Virus record (IMG/VR): IMGVR_UViG_3300033067_000691
Coordinates: 1-52,517 of that record
Strand: one strand, 5' to 3'
DNA from: a virus
Taxonomy: Duplodnaviria > Caudoviricetes
DNA: 52,517 nucleotides
How positions within the stretch are numbered: the first letter of the stretch is position 1; each line of letters starts with the position of its first letter. The translations under genes and the position numbers were made by a program. Below are positions 52,449 through 52,517 of the stretch, one piece after another. Below the pieces are notes generated by a model that was given only the letters and a program-made list of their open reading frames with translations, did not search any database and had not been told where the DNA came from.

Positions 52449-52517
52449 GTCTCGGGCCGTGGGTCGCCGTCGCCATCAAGAACGTCAGGCTCTCCATTCA
52501 TCAGCGCATCGGCGTGC
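52394..52517 (-). CDS. cassette 2 ORF, partial (...HADALMNGEPDVLDGDGDPRPETPNAKVSGVPPTDATKGD)
   Basis: Reads across the attC core as PN and stops in the attC loop; continues in frame from the ATG at position 11 if the genome is circular. Confidence 0.5.
   Translation of the reverse strand, partial: HADALMNGEPDVLDGDGDPRPETPNAKVSGVPPTDATKGD

Overview
This is a ~52.5 kb GC-rich temperate-type tailed phage, probably with a betaproteobacterial host. It combines a lambdoid control region with a podovirus-like virion module. It may be a complete circular genome, because joining the two ends restores an in-frame ORF inside an attC-bounded cassette. The leftward early operon starts near 7045, runs to 1 and wraps from 52517 to ~48500. 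It encodes a PD-(D/E)XK nuclease, HNH, RecT, a Rad50/SbcC-like ATPase, a Tad2-like anti-defence sponge, an integron-like module, DUF5131, ASCH-like and DUF4224 proteins. The rightward arm carries cI/cro with four 17-bp operators, DUF1376/DUF6475 replication genes with iterons, RusA, an HslV-like protein, a Q-like protein, lysis, terminase, portal, capsid, tail and ejection genes, and a 3904-aa polyvalent DarB-like protein. Most notable: (1) a phage-borne integron (IntI N-half, attI, two attC sites) whose cassette genes run opposite to the canonical orientation and start or stop inside attC hairpins; its integrase is fused by an apparent microhomology deletion to a cytosine-methyltransferase tail; (2) whole genes nested in the giant virion ORF, namely an antisense HNH endonuclease and one or two out-of-frame genes with their own RBS; (3) a split LapG/BTLCP-like protease; (4) no phage integrase next to the excisionase-like gene. 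All family assignments come from motif recognition by eye; no searches were run.
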